A DNA stretch of 64,000 nt from Anthoceros angustus (GCA_010909165.1 MU008175.1:310001-374000); one strand, 5' to 3'. Numbered from the stretch's first letter, positions 26,663 to 38,369 are shown. Program-made: numbers and translations. Notes: generated by a model from the sequence alone, not told the origin.

Positions 26663-27300
26663 AACAACGTCTGGGTAGAAAGGGGTTTCTCCAGTAACCC
26701 CTTCTTGCACATGTCTAAGGATGGACCCCTTTTTGCACCATGCAAAATCCGAACACAAATCGGCTATTCTGTAGCAAACCCTCGTGTTTTCCCTATAACG
26801 AAGAAGCAGTTGCTTTCACATAATGTGTGTTAGTGAAATGCACAAAGAATAATGACAAAGATGAAACTGTAGTCCACCTTGTGGACTTGTGTATATCGGA
26901 AAAATATTACGCTTCAGGCGCAAACATGCGCGCCCGCCTACCGCCAAACCCTAATTTATGTTCACATTCTCAATCAGGCAACTCCTCAAACGTTTGTGTT
27001 TCTGATCTCGGGACAATAATGTCATCGTTGATAGATCAGAAGCAGGATCACAACCGCAAGATTTTGATCTGTTGGGTTTGCCCCTATAGATCCGCCCATG
27101 CCGAACGTCTGTAAATGCTGAATCTCCCAAGTGGGATCCTTCACCGCTAGGGCTGTTTCTTGCTCATCGACTCGCTTCTCGGTGTTTCTGATCCTTTCGT
27201 TGTTGCTTTCTCCTTTTTCTTCTGTGGTCCCTGGGATTGACTCAAATCCTGAAGATCGATGGGAGCGGAAGTGCCATGAGTTAAATGAAGAAACGACGCT

Positions 27301-29990
27301 CTAGACTTGATAGACCTTCCGCCTGCTAACTCCTCGCTTATGTGGCTTGGTTGTCAATTCTTCCTCATCGCTAGGGAAAACCTCATGCCCTGTTATCCGT
27401 TGATCAATGAAAATGGTGCTTCTTTGCTCCTGGTCGATGGCGATGCAATTGCGGCCTTCCAATAATGCTGCCAATATACCGCTGCCGCTCCCGGAGCACC
27501 CATCTATTACCCACTCCCCTCTCTCCGTGAAAAGGTCATAAAGCAGAACCATAAGCCCTATTGGTTTCTGGTAAGGGCATACAACATGTCCATCGTTTGA
27601 CACATTCAGAAGTTTCTTCACGACGGCGCTGTGTCTAATGAAAGCGGGCATGGCTCAATCTCCTCGCCGCATCGTTGCACAGCAGACTGCATTTCATATC
27701 TTCGATTTTAGGGTGGACACCATACCCTCTTGTAAAATATTCACAATTCTCATATAGACCTTCATCCGCAATTAAATTATCTTTCTCCACACCATGGTAT
27801 ACACACCCTCCAAGACACCATTTACGGCGCATTCAACGCCCCGCATCCGATCCGGACCATGCATAAATACCACTCGAAGGTTTTGCATCACATCATGAAC
27901 CCATCCATGATTTTTCATAATCTTGGATGTCATCTCGATCCCGATTGATACATTCCCTCTTGGCAAATCAACAACCAGCGGTTTGTATTCCCGCTTCCAA
28001 GATAGCCGCCATTTCGCGAATATCACGGTAATTACTTGGTACCGACTTTTCTGTTTGCTTTTGGGACTTGGAACGTGGATAGTTTAGCATCATTGTCCTC
28101 CTCTGCTAGTTCTCTCTGAAGGTCTTCCACCCTCTTCCGGTTCCTTCTTTGCGTTGATATGCTCTTTGAAGCTATCTCGAATGACTTTTCTTTGTACTCT
28201 GCCGCTTCAAAAGTCTGCAGTACCAAAAAGCATTGTGAAATTTGACAATGATGGGGATGCGCAAACAAGTGCGCGCACCTAATCCATGCACGATAGCAAC
28301 GAGAATAACTTACGATGTGGTCGAAACCGGTTGAAACTTTGCGATATCATCCGCCGAGTGCGTGGTACTCTCTCAACCTCTCGCAAATGACGACACCGTA
28401 AACCCGAATAAAGTCGCTTGTATCACATTTAACTTTTTGCCTTTATGATCCACGTCTTCATGCCGCCACGCTTAACTCTCCTCGAATTACTTTCTCCAGT
28501 CTTGATAGCATAATCCGTTCACCGCCTCTCCGGAGGCATTCCTCGAACACCCGCCATCCGTGCATGCATTGGCTTTACAATAAGATTCGGATCTCGCATC
28601 ACCGTTCGTTCAGGCCGCCACGCTTGATTTCCTCTTTTGCTGCCTTTTTGCGCTCGCCCTAGAAGCTCCTTTTCTCCCAAAGGTCGAATACTTCATCCAC
28701 CCTATCCGGACATGCGGGACACTGCAATGCAGCACAACGTTTTCGGTCTACCAACCGTGCATATCTTCACGGGCGGCATCCCGATCACGCCGAGCATCCT
28801 GCGATTGTATTTCCAGTCCATAGTAATGTTAACGCCATCCGCAGCCGCAATCTTCATCTCATCGTGGATGTATCGAACTTGCTCGATGAAGACATCCGCT
28901 TCAAATCGGCCTTTACATTGTGATCCGCTACAAACATCTCATCTCGGCTTCAACCCGGCATAGATATGGGCTTCCATATATTGGTAGTGCGAATTCTCGG
29001 GTCCTCGGCATATAGTCTCTGGAAAGCATAGAAGCTGTGATTTCCTCCTAAGACTCCCATAGTGTATTGTTGTTTCTTCAGCTTATCCTTATCGTGATGG
29101 GGATCTGGGCACTCTCTTGGGTCTATCATACAAAGCAGGGGAAGTACTCCTTCTTGCACTGGTCCCTTTTTTATTTCTCGGAGAAGATGTTTTCCCCAAG
29201 ACTCATCTACTCTTCTGATTTGAGCATCACGGGTTAAATAATCAGCGCTTCTGAGCTTGGTGATGGCAACCATGTCCGTGTGAGGGATGCATCTCTTCTT
29301 GTGTCTTGACTCCGGTTGGTTGAGAGGATCCTCTACTGCCCGCTCCACTCTATCACCGTCATCAACGCTTTTGTAATCACCGCCTGCTGACTATTGTCCA
29401 CGCTGTATGCGTAGCCCTCTTCACGCTTTTGCCCTTGCCTTTCCTTTTCGTAGTGTAACAATTTCAAGATCCTCCTCTGTGTCCTCGCCTTGGGTCTGCT
29501 CGCCTTTCTTCACCTTCTTCTCTTTCGACGATATATCCCTTGCTCTTTCGCTTCGACATGGATGTTTTCTAGACTCTTCAATATTTGTTCACCGATGGCA
29601 AAAACAACTGATTTTGGATGCATTTGAGGACCGCTTGGATAGTCCCTCACTTTGGGTCTCCTCATTCCTATTCATCTCGCTGCTCAAACCACGGCTTCAA
29701 CATCCGCCTCCTCATCATCTCCCTCCTCTTCGCGATCCCCACTATCGCTTCATCCTCAACCTCTCTATCCGATTGGCGCTTCATACCTTCTGATCTTGGT
29801 CCATGGAGTCTTCGGATAGTTCTTCCTCCATAGCTGCAGACGACGGCGGCTTAGCAGATGTTGCAAATTGCAGCCGTCTTCCTTCCGCCTTCTCCACAAT
29901 AGGTTGACCACCACGCTTGCCATCTTTGTCATAATTAAGCCAACTACGATCTCTTTGCGGAGAAAGCGTGGCATTCACAAACGCTGTGAA
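27301..29990 (-). CDS. ParB/Srx-like domain + beta-class N4-cytosine/N6-adenine DNA methyltransferase fusion (frameshifted in this sequence)
   Basis: Acidic/Lys-rich N-terminal region; ParB-like IRRVDESWGKHLLREIKK..PLLC..YTMGVLGGNHS..(Y)MEAHIYAGL..DHN..RMS(F)IEQVRYIH (29350-28850); in-frame GT-AG intron 28313-28215; MTase VWRKDN..YENCEY; motifs X-I CPYQKPIGLMVLLYDLFTERGEWVIDGCSGSGSGILAALLEGRNCIAID (27580-27435). Catalytic motif IV is readable only as VVDLPRG (27975-27955). Confidence 0.8.
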
Positions 29991-30104
29991 GAAAAACCGA
30001 AGAGGATTACCATCCGCGGCAAAAATTGAACAATGGAAGACAACTTCACAAGCGGCGGCGGCGGCGGTCGCGCATAATGCGCACACAGCCGGCTAAGGGG
30101 CATG

Positions 30105-30345
30105 TGCGCGCTGTCGCGCACCATGGGCCTCTGAGCCAAGGGAGGGGTGGAGGCGGTGCGCGCACGCGCACCATGGCGCGCCCATGGCGCGCCATGGCGC
30201 GCCCTTGGGCGCGCCCATGGCGCGCCCTTGGGCGCGCCCATGGCGCGCCCATGGCGCGCCCATGGCGCGCCATGGCGCGCCATGGGCCTCTGAGCCAAGG
30301 GAGGGGTGGAGGCGGGATGGCGGTGCACGCGCGCCATGGCGCGCT
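30105..30345. repeat. Small GC-rich CCATGG/GCGC palindrome array
   Basis: About 11 CCATGG plus CCTTGG separated by CGCG/CGC; flanked by a duplicated CCATGGGCCTCTGAGCCAAGGGAGGGGTGGAGGCG module. Confidence 0.9.
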
Positions 30346-30441
30346 GCACCATAGAGGGGCCTTTGGCGCACAAGAGTGCCTCGAGGCGGCCCGTCGTTCA
30401 AACCACCCAGGTTAGAACTGAAAACATAGAAACAAGCTCAC

Positions 30442-31189
30442 CTTGTCTAGTGTAAGAGCAACGTCAAGTCCTATCTTCAGGTCCGGTGTGTTGCAGCGTC
30501 TCGCAATCAACTTATCCGCGCTCAAGACAAGCATCCGATGACAATTAGAAGTCTTCATGTAAAACTTCTCTTTCATAGTGCAGATCAAAAGCTTCACTCT
30601 CACATTTGATCCGACTGACTTCCAAGCCCATAGAATGTAGCCCACCACTATCTTCTCGTCTTCAACACGTCCATGTATCCATTGATAACAACTGGATTGG
30701 ATCAAAGTTGGCCGAGTGGAATCAAGACTTCTCTTCATGGATGCACCATTCCTTGTCAAGTAGACCTTGTTCAGGAAGATGCGCACATATCTTCTTCAAG
30801 GCAGTCCTTTCTCGCGAAGTGAAAGGGTTCTCGAGCGTAGTGCCTGGAACAATGCCTAGTTTGTCAAACAATGTCTGGGTACTATCTTGACTAACGATGC
30901 TCCCTTCGACCTCTTCTTCCCTTGAAGCCCTTGGGACGCTCCACTCTTCCTTGTGAGTTCCCATGTGCAATACCCTGCAACGATTCCCTTTCGTTTCAGA
31001 CCACCACATCACCCCCTGCCTTCCCCATTTCCTAGCAGCCCTTGCCTCGGCCTGTGCATCGTTTCGCTTTCGCTTGGAGGGAGGTTGCTGTGGAGGATGG
31101 TCCACTACGTTGGCGTGCTTCACACGGACTTTTCTCCCACTACTTGATATATCTGGAATCAAAAACACGCAGGAATGAAAATCGGCCAC
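30442..31189 (-). CDS. Uncharacterised cargo ORF of the Sola-like element, possibly an upstream exon of the ParB-MTase gene
   Basis: Two overlapping ORFs joined by one frameshift: NLS-like PPSKRKR, then TLFDKLGIVPG..WIHGRVEDEKIVVGYILWAWKS..LDVALTLDK, ending at a strong donor AAG|GTGAGC (30441). Confidence 0.5.
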
Positions 31190-31465
31190 ATGTTAGCAAC
31201 TGTCCGTAGAGAATACAATTTAAGGGGCACCAACCTGCTATTTCGCATTCTCGAGAAGGTCGGTGATGATTCTTGCAGAATCCTGCGAGAACACACGTTT
31301 CGAGACTCTGGAGAGCCTCAGCTTCCTGCAAATCACCAAAACATTTTCATTGTATCGATTATGAACACGAATCCTTGGCATGCCCTTGGCGCCTTGTCAA
31401 GGGCACGTATGAGGAACATTTGGGCACGCCCGCGCACGCCATTGGCGCGCCCTTGAAAACCTGAC

Positions 31466-32048
31466 TTGCGCGCACGCGCCCATGGCGCCATGGCGCCCAT
31501 GGCGCCATGGCGCGCCCTTGGGCACGCCCTTGGGCAGGCCCTTGGGCGCCCTTGGGCGCCCATGGCGCGCCAGCGCGCCCATGGCGAGCCATGGCGCGCC
31601 GCCGACCAGGCGCCCGCCGGGCTTGGCGCGCCCGCCAGCGCCAGGCGCGCCCATGGCGAGCCATGGCGCGCCATGGCGCGCCCATGGCGCGCCATGGCGC
31701 CATGGCGCCCATGGCGCCCATGGCGAGCCATGGGCGCGCCATGGCGCCCATGGCGCGCCATGGGGCGGCGCCTGCCCAGGCGCCCTTGCTGGGCGCCATG
31801 GCGAGCCATGGCGCCATGGCGCGCCCTTGGGCGCGCCATGGGCGCGCCCTTGGGCGCGCCCGGGGCGCCATGGCGCCATGGCGCCATGGCGCCATGGCAG
31901 CCATGGCGCCATGGCGCCCATGGGCGCGCCCTTGGGCAGGCCCTTGGGCGCGCCCTTGGGCGCGCCCATGGCGAGCCATGGCGAGCCATGGCGCCATGGG
32001 CGCGCCCATGGCGCGCCCATGGCGCCATGGCGAGCCATGGGCGCGCCC
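31466..32048. repeat. Large GC-rich CCWWGG palindrome array between the cargo gene and the transposase
   Basis: About 38 CCATGG and about 10 CCTTGG (manual count) with GCGC/GGCGCC/CGAG spacers over ~580 bp. Confidence 0.95.
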
Positions 32049-32749
32049 TGCCCGCCTCCAATCGCTTGGTACATGCACGCACACAGCCAGAGACAATCCC
32101 AAATCCTGGATGCAAACGGTGATATAAGACTGAAACTGCGCACCGCGCCCAAAACATGTGGAGCAAACCCTAAAAACGGGCTCTTCCCGTTTTTTAGGAT
32201 GCCCTCGGTTAAGATGGAACCATGGTTAATTAACTAGGCTTGAACCCTGACTTGTTTAACCAAGGGTTAAGTAACCTGGGATTTACTAAACTTTGTCGGG
32301 TTGCCGCTATAGAGTTTATTTTGTGGCGTCATCATGTCCAACCATGAAGTCCCCTAATTTGAGCGTTCGGATTACGGGGCCACTATCCTTTTCACATTCT
32401 CCTCTCATACCGTGTGGGTACCTTCATCCAAAGATATCAGCAATGCAGAGCCCTCAAACCTATGGCAAAATCGGGGAAGCAGGTATCGCGGCAATGGAAG
32501 AAGAAGTTGTAGGAGCGGTTTCAAATCGCCTCGGAGAGTGGGCAGACGCCAAGACAGTGTTCATGGATACGACGCCGATGCTTCTATTCCAAAAGCGGGT
32601 AATGGTCATGGATACGACTCCATTAGAGAATGACGAAGTTCTTCTTTCCCAAGGCCTAATCTTTTTGATAAAGATCCGAACAAGGAAGTGGCGGGGCGTG
32701 GATCTCGCGCAGAAGATGCTCTCGACGGGCGCGGCTATTCTACGATCGA

Positions 32750-34187
32750 CGACGAAGGCGTTTCCAATTTGCTCCATGGAAGAATCGCACGGTGGTTTTG
32801 GAGGACTTGAGCAAACTTCAATCCCAAAGCTTTGTCGGAGACTTTCGTGCGAGCCCTCAAAAACGTCGGAATATCCCAGACGGTGGAAGCGTGCGCAAAG
32901 GTTGTGTTCTCTTGGCGAGTTGAGTGCATGGTCGTCGCATTGTTGTAGCAAAGGGTGTTTCTTTGAAAGTTGGAAGGAAACATATAGAAAACCTCGGTAT
33001 CGCTTCTTGGGAATGGGTCGAGAGCAATCAGATTTGGAAAGTCCGCTTGAGGCAAGTCTATCCCGACACAACAAAGGTGATCAACTACCTCTCGGAGACC
33101 GAACGCAATGTTGTGTTGAAGTTTTATGGTGTTACGCATTGGATGGAGAGCAGATTACGATCCGATCAATGTGGTTCTCAACACACCATGGTCATCGAAA
33201 TGAAGGTCCAAGCCCGTCAAAGCAAGACCATGTGCTAGAATGCATTGCTTGGATGGACCAATTTTTAAGATAGCTGCGGGCGCATGCCAAATGTTGCGGT
33301 GTTCAACCCGCCTTCTACCTAAGGCGAGATCTTCCAAGACTACAAGCGGGAGGTGGCAGGCGGGGATGTCAAGCGTATCTCACTCTCATTTTTATGCATT
33401 ATGGAAGATGCACTTCCAATGTCAAGATCCCAAAGTGCAGCCCAAATGTACAGAAACTATCAAGACGGCCATTGACACGATGAGACGAGACCAAGGTCCA
33501 AGTGTATCACTGAAGTGCAAGCGAAGGCAAGAGAGGGAGTGCACGACTTGCGGGCAAGGAGTGCCCGATGCGGGCCCGGGCGCGCGCAAGGCGGCGCATA
33601 CTATGCCACAAGCGCGTGCAAGTGTGCGCCAAGGGCTGGCTACCGCGGCAAGCGGCGCCGCAGCTGGCGCCTCGGAGGCGCGACAAGTGCGCCGCGACCG
33701 CCGCTCATACGCTTGACGCCAAGACTTGTGCGCCGCATCGCGCGCCCCTCCGGGGTAAAGTGGGAGCCCCAATCACAAGACTTATGCTCCGCTATGCAAT
33801 ATCTGAATCTCACATCTTCATGGTTTCTTTGGCGTAACGCTTGAGAGCGAATCGGGTCGCAGAGTTCAAAGCAAGAGCGATGGCTTAGCGGGCATCGGCT
33901 GAAGTCTTGGCGCGGACAACCCAGCCCGATATATTGGAATTGCTATAGATGGTATGGACGAGCAAGACCGAGCGTGACTTCACGCAGGCCAAAGATTTCG
34001 CCGATGGGTTAATTCGTGTTCATGTTGTTGGTTGTTTGGTATACAATAATGTGATGAAGGCGAAGGTGTATGTCAACTATCCGAACATCCGCAATGATGC
34101 CAACTGACGATACATATTATTCAAGATATTATACTCAACTATGACGGTGTCTTGCCAAAGACCTTTTACCTTCAATTGGACAACACG
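32750..34187 (+). pseudogene. Sola-like/DUF7869-type transposase, frameshifted; C-terminal catalytic part not found
   Basis: N-terminal CCSKGC, LKFYGV, CIAWMDQF, HFYALWKMHF..KIPK; first catalytic Asp YIGIAIDGMD (33945-33959); RVHVVGCLVY..NIRNDAN; second Asp TFYLQLDNT (34170-34187). The expected RENKN/GHTHxxxD segment is not visible after 34187. Confidence 0.75.
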
Positions 34188-35312
34188 TTTGGGTTGCAGA
34201 GGTGGAGAACCTAGATTTCGACGAAACCGCACCAGTCGTGCAATGGTGGGTTACGGAGAAGAATGCATTTGAAGGCCGTTAATATATACCAAGAGATTTT
34301 GAACAGTGCGGACAAGAATGCTCTCGTCAAAGGCAGGCGTCAAAACATCTCGATCGCCTTGTCTTGGCGGAGACCTTTATTCTTTCATATGGGTTTGCCA
34401 CGGCGAGAGAGCACGCTTTATGTGAGAACCCAAGAGCTCATAAAGACCAAGCTATTTGAACTCCACCATATGCAAATCGGAACACAGGAATAACGATAAC
34501 GGCACCCACCACCTTGAGGCGCGAGGAGAAACGTTTCACCATACAGTCATGGTCAATGATATTAAAACCCAAGACCATGTTCGAGTTGAGGATGATCCGC
34601 GAGTCCATGCCGGCCAAAGCATTAGTTCTGGACCAATTGCGAGACGGACACGCGGACGAGGTATTGGAGATCCTAACCCAGTCGGGGTTTTCGAAGGCAT
34701 GTTTGAAGATAGCTCCCAACCAGCGTCCGACGACGCGAAGGAAAAAAGCAGCGTATGACCATGTTTGTCCTCGTAATTGCGATCCCTCATGGTAGATGGA
34801 AGAGATGATCTTCACGCACACCATTGAGTATCACCTATATTGGAATAATAGCGATTTTGCATTGCGGTTGATTTGCAAACTTCATCCGTCCAATAATTTC
34901 ATGTTAATCATTCTACGGATAGCGGACCCAATATATAATGCATGAGAACGTGAGTACGCGACTTTTGCGCGCACTCATATCTGGATGCAAGCCGGCCGAG
35001 CAAACCCCATGTTCTGGATGACATGAAGACATGCTAAAAAACCTAGCAAAACACATATTTAATTTCATTTACACCTTCTTAAATGGCTCTTTCACTGCCT
35101 AAATGGAGGTACGGTGGGGCCAAAACATGCAGAACCGGGCACCCTGGAATACATCACTGTATTCCAAGTCGAGTGCACATGCTGAAAACCAGGAAAACAT
35201 CCATGGGCATTTTGCCCTAAGAAAAGGACTTTTGCCTAAACCCCTTATTACCGGAGAAACCCCTTTCTACCCAGACGCTGTTGACAGTGATTCTTTTCCC
35301 AATGGGGGAGAA

Positions 35313-35834
35313 AGTAAGAAGCCTTGCATGAGAGGCATGCAGCCGTGGGTCTAGTTTAGCAAGTTGTAAGTAGTGGTGGTAAGGCTTAACTTAGGGCTTA
35401 AGGAAGATAGTTTGCTTTATGCAGTTACTTTGGGAATAATGTAGGCCTCCTTATAAAAGGAGATGAGGCTAGCCCTAGAGATGATCATCCTATGATCCTA
35501 GCATTTGGAGCCACACTCGTGAGGATAGGACTAAGGTGCCTACAGGCTTTGGGAGCCTAGAGTGTAAGCGTGCTAGAGGAGAGCTGTTGAGGAGGAGAGC
35601 GAGGGGAGAGAGAGTTAAGCTCATAGCTTAGGCAAAGATGGGAGCTCTCTCTAATCTCTCATGTATTCTTGTTGACTCTTGTTGGAGTGAAGAGTGACGC
35701 ATAGGTATTGATTGCAGTCGTCACGTGGGACGACGGTGGGAGGACAATGGGCGACTTGGAGGCCTAGTGTTGGTGTCTAGTGATGTTATTGCCGCTAGCG
35801 TGATTGCCTCACCTCACCGGAAAGGGGTATTACT
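35313..35834 (+). repeat. 3' LTR of the Ty3/gypsy element (522 bp)
   Basis: Homologous to 11386-11882 but visibly diverged; AGTAA..TTACT ends; preceded by the PPT. Confidence 0.9.
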
Positions 35835-37142
35835 TGAGCATAGAATTGTAAGAGGTTATAAAAATTGGTAAAAATTAAAATTTATCACGCATAATCTGAT
35901 TTTTACGCTTTGATTCATATACGTTATGGTTCGGCATGGTATCACTCCTTGAATAGTACCCAAAGTATGAGATGATGCATGTGTGCCTTTCCTAATTGAA
36001 TAGCGGACTTTGAGTTTTATCTAGTGGATTTTTTTTACAAAGATGCCAGCATGAACGAGGAGAAATCAAAGATTATATTATTTATTTAAATTATTTGAAT
36101 ATAATATAATATAATTATCTAATAAAATATTCTTTATTAGATCTAAGATGTCAACATGAGCGAGGAGAAATAAAAATTATATCATTCATTTAAATTATTA
36201 AAAAGATCTGATATAACTATCTAATTAAAAAATATCCTTTATTGGATCCATCTTGGATACAAGGCTTTTTCTCCATTCCCGCTTCTTCTCTAGGTCAGTT
36301 CAATTACGGTTATATTTATTTTCTTTTCTACCAGTAAAACATGGGTTGTATACATGTAAAACATAAATTGAAGTCGGTAGACCAAAGAAACGGATGCATT
36401 AAAGGCATGTGGGAATGTGGCAATGTGGCAATTAAAGGCATGTGGCAATGTGGCAATCGTGGCACACTTCATCCTACGCCTCCGGCGACGTGAACATGAT
36501 CCAGGTGGTTCTAGGAAAGCAGGAAAGGGATCCTCGATCCTCATGCCAGCCGCGCCAGCGGCGAAACAAAAGCAGGAGGCGGCGAATGGCGAATCCGTGC
36601 ATCATCCTATGTATCTGGTGAGTTTGACGTGGCATAGGCATCCTCATCGGGCATAGTGGCGGGCCCTCCTGGATCAGCGGAGTCTGAGCAGCTGCATTTC
36701 GCTTCCTTGGGAGAGGGTGCAAGAAATACCCGGCCCGTCTCCCGACGTCCCATGCAGCGTGCGCAACAGGCCCCTGTTGCGCCACTTTCGCCGCTTTCTT
36801 GCTGTGCCCTACTTGGTCTCGCTCCTCCGCAGCCTTCTCCATCGCCACATCGGGATCGCCTGCGAGCCCTTCCGCTGCACCCGCCGCCTCGGTCTCCGTC
36901 TCGTCCAAGCTTGCGAACCGGGTGGGAGAGGGGCCGCGGGAGCCTTCCTGTCCCGGCTGGAGCCCAGTCTGCCGCGCCAGGAATGCGCTGAGCTGCCCTC
37001 TGCCCGCAATGCGGCCCGCCTCTGCGTGACTGGTGCATCGCAAGCCGCCGTCCCCGTGCCCGGCTGCTTCGCTGTGCCGGCCAGCGGGACGGGAAATTGG
37101 GGAGGTGGGTGAAGGGAAGGGAAGGGAAGCGGGTGGGCGCAG

Positions 37143-38369
37143 ATGGAATCGGGCCTGCTCACCGAGGAGCAGAGGCAGCTGCTGCGCTCCGCGTCGCAAG
37201 GGCGCGAGGCCGCCGCCGAGGTCGGCTCCCCGAAGCATGCCGACGGCATCAAGCTCCTCAAGGCGAATGCCGGGGCGTCCGCCAAGGCCGGCGACAGGAA
37301 ATCGCACTCCGGAAAGAACGGTCGTCCCAAGAAAGGTGCATTACCGCTTCTTTTGCTGCCGAATGCGGCGTCATTGCTCCATGTCTGCCTCGGCCGAATT
37401 GCGGGGTGGGAACTCTGGCTGTGACCTGACCCGGGGCGGGGATGGATGTGTGTCCGTTCAGGCGGCGGAGGCGGGAAGGGGACGTGGGGTACCCTGTTGG
37501 ACTCTGATGGCAAGCTGCAGGTGGACCGGAACGACCCCAATTACGACAGTGAGGAGGTATGTTCGTGGGTTCTCCGGCGGGTTCGGCTTGGCTTGTACTG
37601 GACTGGGCGTCGGGGTTGCGTTAGTGATATGGGTTATTGTTTGCAGGAGCCGTACAAGCTGGTTGGAGCGCCCATTGCGCAGTCTCTGGAGCAGTACAAG
37701 GAGAAGGTGGTGGCGATCGTGGAGGAGTACTTTGTGGCGGACGATGTTGTGGAGGCGGCGGCGGGGCTGCGGGATCTTGGGTCCCCGAGTTACCATCACC
37801 ATTTTGTGAAGAAGCTTGTGTCCATGGCGCTGGACAGGCACGATCGGGAGAAGGAGATGGCGTCCGTTTTGCTGTCGGCGCTGTACGCGGATGTCATCCA
37901 GGCGGACCAGGTGGCCAAGGGCTTCACCAAGCTGCTGGAGGCGGCGGATGACCTGGCTCTGGACATTCCTGATGCTGCGGATATTCTGGCCCTGTTTCTG
38001 GCTCGTTCTGTGGTGGATGATATTCTGCCGCCGGTGTTTCTGTCCAAGACGGTGAAGTTGCTGCCGGAGGGCTCGCTGGGGGTGGAGGTGATCCAGAAGG
38101 CTGACAAGACCTACTTGCTGGCTCCGCACCATGCAGAGATCGTGGAGCGGCGGTGGGGAGGTACTACGCATGTAACAGTCGAGGAGATGAAGAGGCGGAT
38201 CGGGGAGTTGCTGAGCGAGTATGTGGAGAGCGGGGATAAGGCGGAAGCTTGTCGGTCTATACGGGAGCTCAATGTGCCGTTTTTTCATCACGAGGTTGTG
38301 AAGAAGCGCTCACTCTTGCCATGGAGAAGAGGAAGGCGGAGCCTCTGATTTTGTCTTTGCTGCATGAGA
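37143..38369 (+). pseudogene. MRF: 3'-truncated copy of the MA3/PDCD4 (MRF) gene
   Basis: Exons MESGLL..RPKK, GGGGKGTWG..NYDSE and EPYKLVG.. through MA3-1 into MA3-2; cut at 38369 by the LTR copy. Confidence 0.85.

Larger units (their letters stand above)
26663..35282. mobile_element. Sola-like (DUF7869-type DDD transposase) DNA transposon, 8.6 kb, carrying a ParB-DNA methyltransferase cargo gene
   Basis: 35-bp TIRs AACA(A/G)CGTCTGGGTAGAAAGGGGTTTCTCC(A/G)GTAA at 26663-26697 and 35248-35282 (33/35 match); 4-bp TSD GACA (26659-26662, 35283-35286); inserted ~20 bp upstream of the gypsy PPT. Confidence 0.9.
11386..35834 (+). mobile_element. Full-length Ty3/gypsy LTR retrotransposon with two nested insertions; non-canonical AG..CT termini; 4-bp TSD TGAG
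   Basis: LTRs 11386-11882 and 35313-35834, both AGTAA...TTACT; TSD TGAG at 11382-11385 and 35835-35838; PBS 11885-11896; PPT GGGGGAGAA 35304-35312; gag-PR-RT-RH-INT order. Confidence 0.9.

Noticed and set aside
31333-32237. Six overlapping 200-280-aa MAPW/RHG-repeat ORFs
   Set aside because: Artefact of the CCATGG/GCGC palindrome array, which has no stop codons and many ATGs in all frames.
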